Assembly (NCBI RefSeq): GCF_020885515.1 | Contig: NZ_AP024987.1 | Location: 1,380,001-1,412,000 of the forward strand | From: a cyanobacterium endosymbiont of Braarudosphaera bigelowii | Lineage (GTDB): Bacteria; Cyanobacteriota; Cyanobacteriia; Cyanobacteriales; Microcystaceae | Reading direction: 5' to 3' | Length of the DNA stretch: 32,000 nt | Notes under the pieces: generated by a model | Told to the model about the DNA's origin: nothing | Databases searched by the model: none | The model's input: the letters and a program-made list of their open reading frames with translations, nothing else | Part shown: positions 19,059 through 30,050 of the stretch, one piece after another | Layout: each line of letters opens with the position of its first letter | Numbering within the stretch: position 1 is the stretch's first letter | Position numbers and translations under genes: made by a program

Positions 19059-19853
19059 CCTAAATTGAGTTCCTCACCTTAACTTGATAAAACGTAAAAT
19101 CTTAGATTATATAGAGTTCTAATATATTAATTAATCGACAACTCATAGCTTGTATTTAAAAAAATAAATCTTAAATACAATTATTTTTTATTTAAAATAA
19201 TATTGACATCGTTCAAATATAACCTAATCTTTCTTGTTGAATAACCGAAATTATTAAAATAGAGGAAATATTTTTTAAAATTATAATTTTTTTACACAAA
19301 GTAGGAGAAATTTTGAATGTATAATAAAAAATATATCTCAAACTATAATAAATTTCATTAATTTATTAATTAGACAAAACTTCAAAATACTTTTCGAATA
19401 TGTGCCATTATATTATTGGTAAGCTCCTAAAAAAATAGATTAAAGACATTTTTTTAATAAATAAACCTGATTCTTGAAAAATAAAGTCAGTAACTTTTTG
19501 TTAGTCTTTAATTAGTAAAATTATAATTTATTTTTTCACTAAGATTTGGTTTTTAAAACATATTAATTAGTAATTAAGTAAAAAAGTTATAGTACACATA
19601 AGGTTAAGATATATATTTTCAGAAAACTTGAACTTTATGAAATAACCTAGAATCTTAGAAGAAATTAATCGTCTAGTCTACAAAATATAAATTTATTTAA
19701 GAAAAAATATCTCATGATGAATAATATAATTAACGATTGTATAAATAGAAAATAATAGGGAATCTTCTTGACTCTTATTATTTGATCATTCAATCTTTTC
19801 AATCTTATTAAAGATCAATATAATAATATTTAATATTTCAATTTAAATTTTAG

Positions 19854-21650
19854 ATGCGAACTCATTACTGTAATCAATTAAGCACGATGGATCTTGATAC
19901 GATTGTTACTCTTTTTGGATGGGTTGATCGTCGTAGAGATCATGGAGGAGTCATTTTCATTGATTTGCGAGACCATACTGGTATCATTCAAATTGTTAGT
20001 GATCCAAAACATGATTCTTCATCTTATAAGACTGCCGAAAGATTGCGTAATGAATATGTTATTAAAATTATAGGCAGAGTGAGTCGACGTCCTTCAGAAT
20101 CCCTAAATTTGAAAATGAAAACTGGAGAACTAGAAATATATGCAGATTCTATTGAGATACTTAATGTAGTTACTAAGCAACTACCTTTCAGTATTTCAGG
20201 TTTAGATGAAGAGTTAATAAAAGAAGAAACTCGTCTCAAGTATCGTTACTTAGATTTAAGACGGGAAAAAATGTTAAAAAATTTACAGCTACGTCATAAA
20301 GTAATAAAAACAATACGTCACTACTTGGAAGATAGTCAAAATTTTATAGAAGTGGAGACTCCTATCTTGACTAGATCTACACCTGAAGGAGCACGAGATT
20401 ACTTAGTTCCCTCTAGAGTTAGTTTTGGACAGTGGTATGCTTTACCTCAATCTCCTCAGTTATTTAAACAGTTGCTTATGGTATCAGGTTGTGATCGTTA
20501 CTATCAAGTAGCAAGATGCTTTCGTGATGAAGATTTAAGAGCTGACAGACAGCCAGAGTTTACTCAACTAGACATGGAAATGAGTTTTATGTCTGAAGAT
20601 GAGATTCTAGATCTGAATGAGGGTTTAATTTGTCATATTTTCAAAACTATCAAAAATATAGAGCTGTCTCGTCCTTTTCCTCGTTTAACATATCAACATG
20701 CTATGGAAAAATATGGAACAGACTGTCCAGATACTCGCTTTGATTTAACTTTAGTTGATGTGTCTGACATTGTTCAAAATAGCGGATTTAAAGTATTTTC
20801 AGAGGCAGTTAAAAATTTAGGGAGTGTGAAAGTTTTGCCTATTCCTGAAGGCAATAATATTATTTCTAATGTTCGACTTAAGCCAGGAGGAGATTTATTT
20901 CAAGAAGCAATAGAAGCAGGTACTAAAGGAATTGTTTACATTCGTGTAAAAGAAAATTCTAAAATAGAAACTATTGGAGCTGTAAAAGAAAACTTAACTG
21001 ATGAACAAAAGAAAGCTTTGTTAGAGAGGACAGATGCAAAACCAGGTCATCTATTATTGATTAGTGCTGGAAGTACAGCAATGGTTAATAAATCTTTGTC
21101 TCGTTTAAGATTAATAATCGGGAAACAAATGAATCTTATTAACAATAGTAAAATAGATTTATTATGGGTAACAGAATTTCCTCTGTTTGAATGGAATTCT
21201 GATGAACAACGTTTAGAATCTTTGCATCATCCGTTTACTTGTCCTAATTCTTCAGATTTAAATAATTTAACTACGGCTAGAGCTCAAGCTTATGATTTAA
21301 TATTTAATGGTATAGAAGTTGGTGGTGGTAGTTTAAGAATTTACAAAAAAGATATTCAAGAAAAAGTATTTAAAACTATTGGTTTATCGGAAGAAGAAAT
21401 TTATAGTAAATTTCAATTTATGTTAGACGCTTTTGAGTATGGAGCTCCTCCTCATGGAGGGATAGCATATGGACTAGATCGATTAATAATGTTATTAGCA
21501 GAAGAAGATTCTATTCGTGATGTTATAGCGTTTCCAAAGACTCAACAAGCAAGCTGTCTACTTACAGAATCTCCTTCTTTTGTAGACTCTAAACAATTAA
21601 AAGAATTGCAGGTAACTTCAACTTATAAATCTAAAATTCAAAAGAATTAA
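19854..21650 (+). CDS. aspS: Aspartyl-tRNA synthetase
   Basis: 598 aa; [31 protein letters not shown]-like [65 protein letters not shown]. Confidence 0.97.
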   Translation: MRTHYCNQLSTMDLDTIVTLFGWVDRRRDHGGVIFIDLRDHTGIIQIVSDPKHDSSSYKTAERLRNEYVIKIIGRVSRRPSESLNLKMKTGELEIYADSIEILNVVTKQLPFSISGLDEELIKEETRLKYRYLDLRREKMLKNLQLRHKVIKTIRHYLEDSQNFIEVETPILTRSTPEGARDYLVPSRVSFGQWYALPQSPQLFKQLLMVSGCDRYYQVARCFRDEDLRADRQPEFTQLDMEMSFMSEDEILDLNEGLICHIFKTIKNIELSRPFPRLTYQHAMEKYGTDCPDTRFDLTLVDVSDIVQNSGFKVFSEAVKNLGSVKVLPIPEGNNIISNVRLKPGGDLFQEAIEAGTKGIVYIRVKENSKIETIGAVKENLTDEQKKALLERTDAKPGHLLLISAGSTAMVNKSLSRLRLIIGKQMNLINNSKIDLLWVTEFPLFEWNSDEQRLESLHHPFTCPNSSDLNNLTTARAQAYDLIFNGIEVGGGSLRIYKKDIQEKVFKTIGLSEEEIYSKFQFMLDAFEYGAPPHGGIAYGLDRLIMLLAEEDSIRDVIAFPKTQQASCLLTESPSFVDSKQLKELQVTSTYKSKIQKN

Positions 21651-21662
21651 TGCAAGAAACTT

Positions 21663-21680
21663 CATTAATTCTTATTAATG
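21663..21680. terminator. 7-bp hairpin between convergent aspS and ftsW
   Basis: cattaat-tctt-attaatg, 13 nt after the aspS stop. Confidence 0.4.
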
Positions 21681-21740
21681 TTAAATATATTTAATTTAGA
21701 TTATGATGGAGGAAAATAACAAAAAATTATTGTCTGATTA

Positions 21741-22895
21741 CTAATTTTTATTAATTACAGTTGCTAAGTCTTCACCGTTTTCTCTGATAACACGGATTAA
21801 TAAACCTGCTAAAGTTAAACTGGCAATAATTGAACTTCCTCCATAACTCCACAAAGGCAATGGTAAACCGGTTGTCGGTAATAATCCTATTGTTACACCA
21901 ATATTTAATAGAGCTTGTCCGACTATCATGATCATACTACCAACAGCTATTAATCTTTTTACTGGATGAATACAATTGATTAATATTTTTAGTGTAAAGG
22001 TTGCATATACAAATAATAATAAAAGCAGAAAAATACTTCCTACAAAACCGAACTCTTCTGCATAAACTGAAAAAATAAAATCAGTATAATGAATAGGTAA
22101 GTAGGACCACTTTTGTATAGATTGCCCATATCCTAATCCAAAAATACCTCCAGATCCTACAGCTATTAAACTCTGTATTAACTGGTAGCCATCAGTCTTC
22201 GCTATTTCATCTCTCCAAGGATCAAGGAAGGATAGAATTCTTTTAAGTTGATACCTATGAGTATAAACACTGAATGAAGCAGCTGATAAGCCACTAATAG
22301 CTGCTGTCATTAAATACCTAACTGGAATTCCAGAAGCAAGAGCAATTAACCATAAACTAATACCACATAAAGCTGTAGTACTTAAATTGGGTTGTATTAA
22401 GATACCTGCCAAAACAGCTGAGAATATTAATATCCACTGTATCTTAATGCGTAATGAATGACGATACCAGAAACCAAAGATATAAGCACTTTGCAGTACC
22501 AAACATGGTTTGATTAATTCCGAAGGTTGAATAATAGCGGGACCGATCTTAATCCAACGAGTCGCACCATTAACAGTATGACCTAATCCTGTCTTAGTTA
22601 ATAAAATTAAACTTAGCAAGAAAAAAAGAAAAAAAGGAACGAACTTCATTAAATACTTCAACGGTACTCTCACGATTACATTAAATCCTTGTAATCCTAT
22701 CCATATCCAGATAATTTGACGCATGATATAGTGAAATCCATTACCAAAATCTTGTTGAGCACTATGGTAAGATGCAGAAAAAAGAGCAATCATACCTAAA
22801 AACAGCCATAAAAAAGTTAACCAACGCAAAAAACGAGCTTCTTTTGGCCATTCCTTAATACTAGGATCAATTATAGGAATAAAAAATCTGAGCAT
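21741..22895 (-). CDS. ftsW: FtsW/RodA/SpoVE family cell-cycle protein, FtsW-like
   Basis: 384 aa polytopic; GATRWIKIGPAIIQPSELIKP, LIAVGSGGIFGLGYGQSIQKWSYLPIHYTDFIFSVYAEEFGFVGS, LPLPLWSYGGSS. Confidence 0.85.
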   Translation of the reverse strand: MLRFFIPIIDPSIKEWPKEARFLRWLTFLWLFLGMIALFSASYHSAQQDFGNGFHYIMRQIIWIWIGLQGFNVIVRVPLKYLMKFVPFFLFFLLSLILLTKTGLGHTVNGATRWIKIGPAIIQPSELIKPCLVLQSAYIFGFWYRHSLRIKIQWILIFSAVLAGILIQPNLSTTALCGISLWLIALASGIPVRYLMTAAISGLSAASFSVYTHRYQLKRILSFLDPWRDEIAKTDGYQLIQSLIAVGSGGIFGLGYGQSIQKWSYLPIHYTDFIFSVYAEEFGFVGSIFLLLLLFVYATFTLKILINCIHPVKRLIAVGSMIMIVGQALLNIGVTIGLLPTTGLPLPLWSYGGSSIIASLTLAGLLIRVIRENGEDLATVINKN

Positions 22896-23094
22896 GAATA
22901 ATCTATTATTTGAAATGTTATGGTAAAGATTGAATAACTAATTGTTTACGGAGCAGATAGATTAGAAGATTATTTTATCTTTTGAGATAGTTAGATTTAC
23001 TTAAAAGCTTATACATTATTGACCTACTAATATTCTATAGTTCATCCTTAGTAGACAAGTTAATATTTTTTATATAGTTAATATACTAATAAAT

Positions 23095-24240
23095 TTAATC
23101 CTTACTGTAATCGTATAAGGTTTTTCTTGATTTATGATGGCGATGAATAGATTCAATAACTTGTTTAATTTTTTCTACAGATATAGAAGTACCATTTGTA
23201 GCTCCAGCCATAGCTGAAATACTTTCTTCCATTAAAGTTCCACCAATATCATTACAACCCCAATTTAATGTTTCAATAGCTTTACATAAACCTAGTTTGA
23301 CCCAGCTTGGCTGGTGATTAGGTATCCATTTTCCTAAAAAAATTCTTGATACAGCTGTAAGTAGAAAGATTCTATTAAAATCAAGTTGTTGATTTTGTAG
23401 AGGCTTATGAGGAAAACTAGAAATATTTTTGCTAATGAAAGGTAAAAGAATAAATTCTGTAATTCTACCAGGGTATTTTTGTTGAATAGATTCTTGTTGC
23501 AATTTTCTTAAACGACTTAAATGTTCTACTTGTTGAGTTGCATTTTCAATATGGCCACACAGCATTGTGCTGGTAGTATATATTCCTAATGAATGAGCTA
23601 AACTAATAATTTCAATCCAGGTGTTACTATTAATTTTTTCAGGGCAAATTTTATTTCTTACTTCATCATTTAGAATTTCGGCAGCAGTTCCTGGTATAGA
23701 ATCTAAACCAGATTTTTTAAGTGCCATTATTGTATCCACATAACTTAATTTATCTTCTTTAGAAATAAATGCTATTTCTTGAGGAGAGAATGCATGTATA
23801 TGAATCTGAGGAAATTTTTTTTTAATAATTATCATTATTTTCTGATAATACTTCAAAGAACTTTTTTCTATCTTAAGATTTCTATTTAAAGCACCTTGAA
23901 TACAAACTTCAGTAGCTCCTTTGTGTACAGCATTAGATACTTTTTGAATAATATTTTCTAAATTTAGAGTATATGAATCCCTATCTTCTAAATCGCGCCT
24001 AAAACCACAGAAAGAACAGTTTTGTTCACAAATATTAGTAAAATTTATATTATGGTTTACAACATAGGTAACGGTATCTCCAACTTGTTTTTGTCGAAGA
24101 TGATCGGCTGATTGACGTATCTTATTAATTAGATCTTTATTCGTTTGAGATAGAAGAGTGATTGCATCATCTTCTGATATATCAATATCATCATCTACTT
24201 TCTTTAAAATACCCGCTATTATCTCTTCTTGATACAGCAT
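23095..24240 (-). CDS. cofH: FO synthase subunit 2 (5-amino-6-(D-ribitylamino)uracil--L-tyrosine 4-hydroxyphenyl transferase), radical SAM
   Basis: 381 aa; NINFTNICEQNCSFCGFRR (CX3CX2C radical SAM motif), EVCIQGALN, IHIHAFSPQEI, LDSIPGTAAEILND, GGTLMEESISAMAGA. Confidence 0.9.
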   Translation of the reverse strand: MLYQEEIIAGILKKVDDDIDISEDDAITLLSQTNKDLINKIRQSADHLRQKQVGDTVTYVVNHNINFTNICEQNCSFCGFRRDLEDRDSYTLNLENIIQKVSNAVHKGATEVCIQGALNRNLKIEKSSLKYYQKIMIIIKKKFPQIHIHAFSPQEIAFISKEDKLSYVDTIMALKKSGLDSIPGTAAEILNDEVRNKICPEKINSNTWIEIISLAHSLGIYTTSTMLCGHIENATQQVEHLSRLRKLQQESIQQKYPGRITEFILLPFISKNISSFPHKPLQNQQLDFNRIFLLTAVSRIFLGKWIPNHQPSWVKLGLCKAIETLNWGCNDIGGTLMEESISAMAGATNGTSISVEKIKQVIESIHRHHKSRKTLYDYSKD

Positions 24241-24568
24241 TAATCAATTATGTTTTTACTATATAAAAAAATTAGAATAAGGAATAAGTTTACTCTTATA
24301 TCGTACCCGTAGTGCTTAGTTTATGGTTGTTAAAATAGTGAATTATACTTTACGGAAAGCTAATTAATATAAACTATAACCATACCATTTTAAATGTAGT
24401 AGTTTCAATGATATTTTATAAAGTTACTCACTACAATTAGCTTCATTGCAAATGATTTCTTTTATACCTTGTCTCTTTATTTTGACTAGAAAAATCAAAA
24501 GACAGAGAACATCATTAGTAACAATTACTGCTATCATTATTTCTAATTTATAATAAAGGATATTTGCA

Positions 24569-25570
24569 TTGAATAATAAATCTACGATTTTAGTTACAGG
24601 GGGAGCCGGATACATTGGTTCCCATGTAGCTTTATTACTTAAAAAAGAAGGATATGAAGTTCTTGTTCTTGATAATCTTTCTTTCGGTCATCCTGAAATT
24701 GTTAGAGACATTTTAGATGTTGAGTTAATTGTTGGAGATACTAATAATCGCTTTCTATTAGATCAAATATTTACGACAAGAAACATTTCTGCTGTAATGC
24801 ATTTTGCTGCTTTTCTTTCAGTGGGAGAATCAGTTCATAATCCAGCTGTATATTATAAAAATAATGTAGTAGGAACCTTAACTCTTTTAGAAGCGATGGT
24901 TGCTGCTAATGTTAATAAACTGATTTTTTCTTCTACTTGTTCTATTTATGGGATTTCTAATGATATTCCCATAACAGAAAAACACCCTAATAATCCTTTA
25001 AATCCATATGCCTCTAGCAAATATATGGTTGAACAAATTTTAAAAGATTTTGATCAAGCTTATAGTTTAAAATCCGTCATTTTTCGATATTTTAATGCAG
25101 CAGGAGCTGATCCTTCTGGTAATTTAGGGGAAGACCATACACCTGAAGTTCATCTAATTCCTTTAGCATTACTTACAGCTTTAAAAAAGAGAGACCATCT
25201 TGTTATTTTTGGTACAGATTATGATACTCCTGATGGTACTGCGATTAGAGACTACATTCATGTTAGCGATTTAGCAACAGCTCATATCCTAGGTTTAAAA
25301 TATCTTTTTAGTGGAGGGAACAGTGATATGTTTAATTTAGGAAATGGTGATGGATTTTCTGTACGAGAAGTAATTAATGTAGTGAAAAAAGTTACGAATG
25401 TAGATTTCTCAGTTAAAGAAGGTATTCGTCGTCCAGGAGATGCGCCAATCTTAGTAGGAAGTGGAGGAAAAATTCAATCTAAGCTAAGTTGGAAGCCTGA
25501 ATATACTAATTTAGAAACCATAGTTGATCATGCCTGGAAATGGCATAATAAGAGACACGGAATAAAATAA
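24569..25570 (+). CDS. galE: UDP-glucose 4-epimerase
   Basis: 333 aa, TTG start with upstream AAAGGA; ILVTGGAGYIGSHVALLL, MHFAAFLSVGESV, FSSTCSIYG, NPYASSKYMVEQIL, RYFNAAGADPSG, DYIHVSDLA. Confidence 0.95.
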   Translation: MNNKSTILVTGGAGYIGSHVALLLKKEGYEVLVLDNLSFGHPEIVRDILDVELIVGDTNNRFLLDQIFTTRNISAVMHFAAFLSVGESVHNPAVYYKNNVVGTLTLLEAMVAANVNKLIFSSTCSIYGISNDIPITEKHPNNPLNPYASSKYMVEQILKDFDQAYSLKSVIFRYFNAAGADPSGNLGEDHTPEVHLIPLALLTALKKRDHLVIFGTDYDTPDGTAIRDYIHVSDLATAHILGLKYLFSGGNSDMFNLGNGDGFSVREVINVVKKVTNVDFSVKEGIRRPGDAPILVGSGGKIQSKLSWKPEYTNLETIVDHAWKWHNKRHGIK

Positions 25571-25666
25571 TAAAACTCATTTACTAGACAATTCAGATAT
25601 TTTTGAAATTTAATTTTTATCTTTAATACATAGTATTTTAAAAATAATTCTTTGTTTGTAAATATC

Positions 25667-25706
25667 TTAAGATTTATAACCTATCCAAATAGATTATAAA
25701 TCTTAA
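25667..25706. terminator. 13-bp perfect inverted repeat between convergent galE and acsF
   Basis: ttaagatttataa (25667-25679) / ttataaatcttaa (25694-25706), 14-nt loop, 10 nt from the acsF stop. Confidence 0.6.
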
Positions 25707-25716
25707 TTACAAGACT

Positions 25717-26793
25717 TTACTGTATAGTTCCTTGCAAATGTTCGGTGCTAATCGGCTTTATCAAATATAACTTCAGAAGTTGAGTTACATTAGATATAAG
25801 TGCTGGTAATTTTCTTAAAGATTTTATAATATAGGGTTGTTTAGAAAAATTTATTTCTCTTAACTTAGCATTATTACTCACACATATCTCTAAGCCTTGA
25901 TAGAATCTAGGATCTTTAAGATTTAATATTACTGGAAAAACTCGTCCAGCTATTTCATTAGTTTTTTCGATAACATACTTATCATAGTCTCTAGCATTGA
26001 GGCCAATAGCTGAGTAAAAATCACTTCTTTGGACATCATTAAAATACATCGTTGCAAATACTGATAATAAGAAAAAGCGACACCACAGGCGAGCCTTCCA
26101 ATTATTTAATATTTCAGGATTTGCCTTCATAATTGCATCAAAAAAATCTCCATGACGGTTCTCATCTTGGCACCAGTTTTCAAAGAAATTAAAAATAGGA
26201 TATATCTTATTTTCAGGATTATTTTCTAGATGTCGATAAATTGTAATATAACGCCAATAACCAATTTTTTCTGATAAATAAGTTGCATAAAAAATAAACT
26301 TAGGTTGAAAAAAGGTATAACTACGACTTTTAGTTAAAAATCCTAAATCTAAAGTCATATTAAAATCTGACAAAGCTTTATTCAAAAATCCAGCATGGCG
26401 TGCCTCATCTCGAGACATCAATAGAAAACATTCTGCAAGAATAGGATTTTTGTCTTTTAGGCGTCTTCCCAGTTCTTTATAAAGTAGAAAACCTGAAAAC
26501 TCAGCTGTACATGAACGTTCTAAAAATTCAACAAATAACTTACGAGTATTTTCGTCAAAATGATCCCATGTTTGAGAAAACTCTTCGCGTCGAATAAAAT
26601 GATAACGATTGTAATCTGTACGGAACTCTTCGAGAATAGCTTTCAATTCTTCTTCATTAATTGAAATATCCATTTTTGCTAACGCTTCAAAATCAGTCGT
26701 ATAAAAACGAGGAGTTAAAAGAGTCTCTTTATCTGGAGATTTAATGTTTGGATGTAGTTCTTTGAGTTCAGGCTTTTGAAGAGTATTTACCAT
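25717..26793 (-). CDS. acsF: Magnesium-protoporphyrin IX monomethyl ester (oxidative) cyclase, aerobic
   Basis: 358 aa; diiron motifs [53 protein letters not shown]; [10 protein letters not shown]-terminal motif. Confidence 0.95.
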   Translation of the reverse strand: MVNTLQKPELKELHPNIKSPDKETLLTPRFYTTDFEALAKMDISINEEELKAILEEFRTDYNRYHFIRREEFSQTWDHFDENTRKLFVEFLERSCTAEFSGFLLYKELGRRLKDKNPILAECFLLMSRDEARHAGFLNKALSDFNMTLDLGFLTKSRSYTFFQPKFIFYATYLSEKIGYWRYITIYRHLENNPENKIYPIFNFFENWCQDENRHGDFFDAIMKANPEILNNWKARLWCRFFLLSVFATMYFNDVQRSDFYSAIGLNARDYDKYVIEKTNEIAGRVFPVILNLKDPRFYQGLEICVSNNAKLREINFSKQPYIIKSLRKLPALISNVTQLLKLYLIKPISTEHLQGTIQ

Positions 26794-27171
26794 AAGTTAT
26801 TTTAAATATTTTTTACAAAAAAACCATAGACCTAACACTTTTAAGGTAATAAAATTACCATTATTCTTATCAAGAATATATGAATAAAAAGCTGAGATTA
26901 CAGTGTAACAGTATTAAGTACATTAAGAAATATTATTTATGTCAAGAATTACAACATATTATCAATTTATATTAAGAAAAATGGATTTCGAGTTAATCGT
27001 TTATTTTTTGTTAGATACTCAAAAAAACTATATTTGACCTGTAAATATTACAGTTATATTATTAATACTACTATTTTGTCATACTATTATAACCATCTCA
27101 AACAATGTCAATATAACATCTTATCTGACAAATATATACTTGTAAAATTCAAAAATGAATAGACCAAATTT

Positions 27172-27196
27172 ATAGAAATTAAATTATAATTTCTAT
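27172..27196. repeat. Short inverted repeat (10-bp arms, 5-nt loop) in the acsF / CCB divergent region
   Basis: atagaaatta-aatta-taatttctat. Confidence 0.4.
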
Positions 27197-27369
27197 GATG
27201 CTAATTAATAGCAATTTCTTCCTCATAAAAAATTTTCTTCGTCAAAAAATATAGACAGAGAAATTAATAACCAATTTTTTAAAATGGTTATTTTAACTAT
27301 AATAAAATAGATTCTACAACAAACAACTCATTGTAGAACTTTAAAACGACTCCTAGATAACTTTTTGAA

Positions 27370-28008
27370 ATGAGCTCAAACTTTAATCAAAGTCTGCGAC
27401 TAATCCCTATATTTTCAGGTGCCCTAGGTAGCATATTACTAGTAATTAATCGCTTCACAATAACACATTTAACTGATTCCCAAGCAAGATCTGATGTTGT
27501 AGGAATTATTCTCAGCGGGGTATTAGTTCTTGTTGGATTGCTTTGGCAGCAAATTCAACCAAGATCAGCGAATGCTGTTACTCTTATCGGAGAAGAGAAA
27601 ATTGAGTTTAATAGTTATTTAGATGAAGAAACTAAGCTAGATTTAGCTTGGGCATCTCACCTAATATTGAATAATACTGTTACTAAATCTGTGATTATTT
27701 ATTACAAAAAAGATATCTTACTTCGCCGAGGAATTTTGGGTGAAAATGATAAAGTTAACCCAGGTAAGATATTAAACAAAGTTTTTGAAAAACAAAAGGC
27801 AATTTATTTAGTTAATCTTGATTTATATCCAGGAAGAATTGAATTCGATTATTTACCAATAAACACACAAGGTGTCATTTGCCAACCATTAGGAAAAAAT
27901 GGAGTAATGATTCTTGGTACTAACGTTTCCCGTAGTTATACTAAACAAGATGAAAACTGGATCGAAGGTATCGCTGATAAAATAACTTTAACCTTGCAAA
28001 AAAACTAG
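27370..28008 (+). CDS. Cofactor assembly of complex C subunit B (CCB2/CCB4-like)
   Basis: 212 aa; two N-terminal TM segments, LLWQQIQPRSANAVTLIGEE, domain resembling cyanobacterial/plastid CCB2/CCB4 proteins. Confidence 0.7.
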   Translation: MSSNFNQSLRLIPIFSGALGSILLVINRFTITHLTDSQARSDVVGIILSGVLVLVGLLWQQIQPRSANAVTLIGEEKIEFNSYLDEETKLDLAWASHLILNNTVTKSVIIYYKKDILLRRGILGENDKVNPGKILNKVFEKQKAIYLVNLDLYPGRIEFDYLPINTQGVICQPLGKNGVMILGTNVSRSYTKQDENWIEGIADKITLTLQKN

Positions 28009-28148
28009 GTTAATTCATGTCATAGAAATTTCGTTATTTTATTTATGTGTAATAGTTTTTAACTATAAAATTTATTCTACCCAATATTGTTTTAAGCTAA
28101 ATTACATATATCTCAATGGATTAAAATATGAATAATCATATCTATTTA

Positions 28149-30029
28149 TTATTTGTGTTTCATCATTTGTAATTGATATAATTTTTTATATAAACCTTCT
28201 TGTTTGATTAAATTTTGATGGTTCCCTGATTGAATTATCTTACCTTGTTTTAAAACCAATATTCTGTCAACATCTTTAATAGTTGATAATCTATGAGCAA
28301 TAATTAGTCCTGTTCTGTTAATTAACAGTTGTTTCAATGCTTGTTGTATTAAAGCTTCAGTCTTTACATCCAAACTAGCCGTGGCTTCATCTAATACCAA
28401 AATACTTGGATTGCGAATAGCAATTCTAGCAAAAGCTAATAACTGCTTTTCTCCTTTGGAAAGATTAGTACCTCTTTCTTTTAGTAGTGTATGATATCCT
28501 TCAGGAAATTTTTCAATTAATTGATCTGTATTAGTTAACCTTGCTGCTTGTTTTACTTCTTCTAAAGAATATTTTTCTCCTAAAGTTATATTTCTTTTAA
28601 TATCACCAGCAAATAGAAAATTTTCTTGTAGAATTATTCCTATATATTTCCTAAGTTCTTGTTTGGAAATATACTGACTATCAATTCCATCAATTAAAAT
28701 TTTTCCATGAGTAGGTTCATATAAACGTGATAAAAGTCTTATTATTGAACTTTTCCCAGACCCTGTCGGCCCCACTAAAGCAATCTTTTCCCCTGGAGAA
28801 ATTTTAAAGTTTAAGTTTTTAAGAATAAAATCATTTTTTTTATATCCAAACCATACATTGTCAAAAATAATTTCGCCTATTTTTCTGTTATTATTTCTAA
28901 TAATTGAAAAATCTATATTTGTTTTATTTTCTTTTGTTTCTATAGGTTCTTGCATTAGTTCTGTTATACGTTCAATAGCAGTAAACCCAGATTGAAATGT
29001 GGTAAATTTATCGGCAAATCGACGTAATGGATTAAATAATCTCTGAGCATACAAAATAAATGCAGATAAGGTTCCGAAATTAATACTAGTATTCATTATA
29101 CCAATACCTCCTAGCAAAAGAACCATTGCAATTGCGACTAAACTTATCCACTCTAAAGTTGCAGAGACTGCTGAATCATGAAAAATTGTCTTACTAGTTG
29201 CTTGACGATAATTTTTATTTATGTCTTTAAATAATTTGCTATTGAAGTTCTCTCTCCGAAAAGTTTGAACTACATTAATACCTGAAATATTCTCTTGTAT
29301 CATAGAGTTTAATTCAGATAATTTTTCTCTTGATTGATAATTTGCCTTACGATACTGTTTTTGGAAATAAACTACCAATCCTGCTACAGGAACTATCATA
29401 AACAAAAGTACCAAAGCCATTTTTGTGTCTAGTGTAAACATAGTAACTATAATTGCTAAGATGTAAACTGAATCACTAATAATCCCGATTCCACCACTAG
29501 CAAAGATATTTCCTAAAGCTTCTACATCACTAGTTAAACGAGTAATTAAATTACCTATTGGAGTCTTGTTAAAAAAACTACTTTCTAAGGAAATAATATG
29601 ACTGTATAAGTCTCTCCTAATATCAGCTGTGATACTTTGTCCTAATTTCTGAACAATAAATCCTTGAATAGAGGAACAAATTAAACGAATAATTATTGTT
29701 ATTAATAGCGAAATGATTAATAAATATAATCCTTGCTCAAAAGATAACATTCCTATAAAGTTCCAAGTTGCTTCTTTACGTGACAAAGAAATCGCTTGTC
29801 CTACAAGAAGAGGTTGCACTGCTCCTGCTATCGATAAAGGTACTAATAGAAATATTGATGATAATAATAAATCAGGATACGAAAGAGCATAAGGTAATAA
29901 TTTAGAAGTTAAATTATCACCATATTTTTGTGAAATTGTAACAGATTTTCTGAATCGTAATTTAGAAGAAACAATCATATCCAAACAGTATAAATATTTA
30001 CTACCATTTTTTAGATTAGCATTTAACAA
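28149..30029 (-). CDS. ABC transporter, fused permease and ATP-binding protein
   Basis: 626 aa; exporter TM domain, Walker A GPTGSGKSS, Q-loop ENFLFAG, signature TNLSKGEKQLLAFARIA, Walker B ILVLDEATASLD, H-loop IIAHRLST. Confidence 0.93.
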   Translation of the reverse strand: MLNANLKNGSKYLYCLDMIVSSKLRFRKSVTISQKYGDNLTSKLLPYALSYPDLLLSSIFLLVPLSIAGAVQPLLVGQAISLSRKEATWNFIGMLSFEQGLYLLIISLLITIIIRLICSSIQGFIVQKLGQSITADIRRDLYSHIISLESSFFNKTPIGNLITRLTSDVEALGNIFASGGIGIISDSVYILAIIVTMFTLDTKMALVLLFMIVPVAGLVVYFQKQYRKANYQSREKLSELNSMIQENISGINVVQTFRRENFNSKLFKDINKNYRQATSKTIFHDSAVSATLEWISLVAIAMVLLLGGIGIMNTSINFGTLSAFILYAQRLFNPLRRFADKFTTFQSGFTAIERITELMQEPIETKENKTNIDFSIIRNNNRKIGEIIFDNVWFGYKKNDFILKNLNFKISPGEKIALVGPTGSGKSSIIRLLSRLYEPTHGKILIDGIDSQYISKQELRKYIGIILQENFLFAGDIKRNITLGEKYSLEEVKQAARLTNTDQLIEKFPEGYHTLLKERGTNLSKGEKQLLAFARIAIRNPSILVLDEATASLDVKTEALIQQALKQLLINRTGLIIAHRLSTIKDVDRILVLKQGKIIQSGNHQNLIKQEGLYKKLYQLQMMKHK

Positions 30030-30050
30030 ATATTACTAATCAGACTAAAT

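Noticed and set aside
24424-24615. 63-aa minus ORF upstream of galE
   Set aside because: Overlaps the galE start and RBS on the other strand; translation has no coherent domain.
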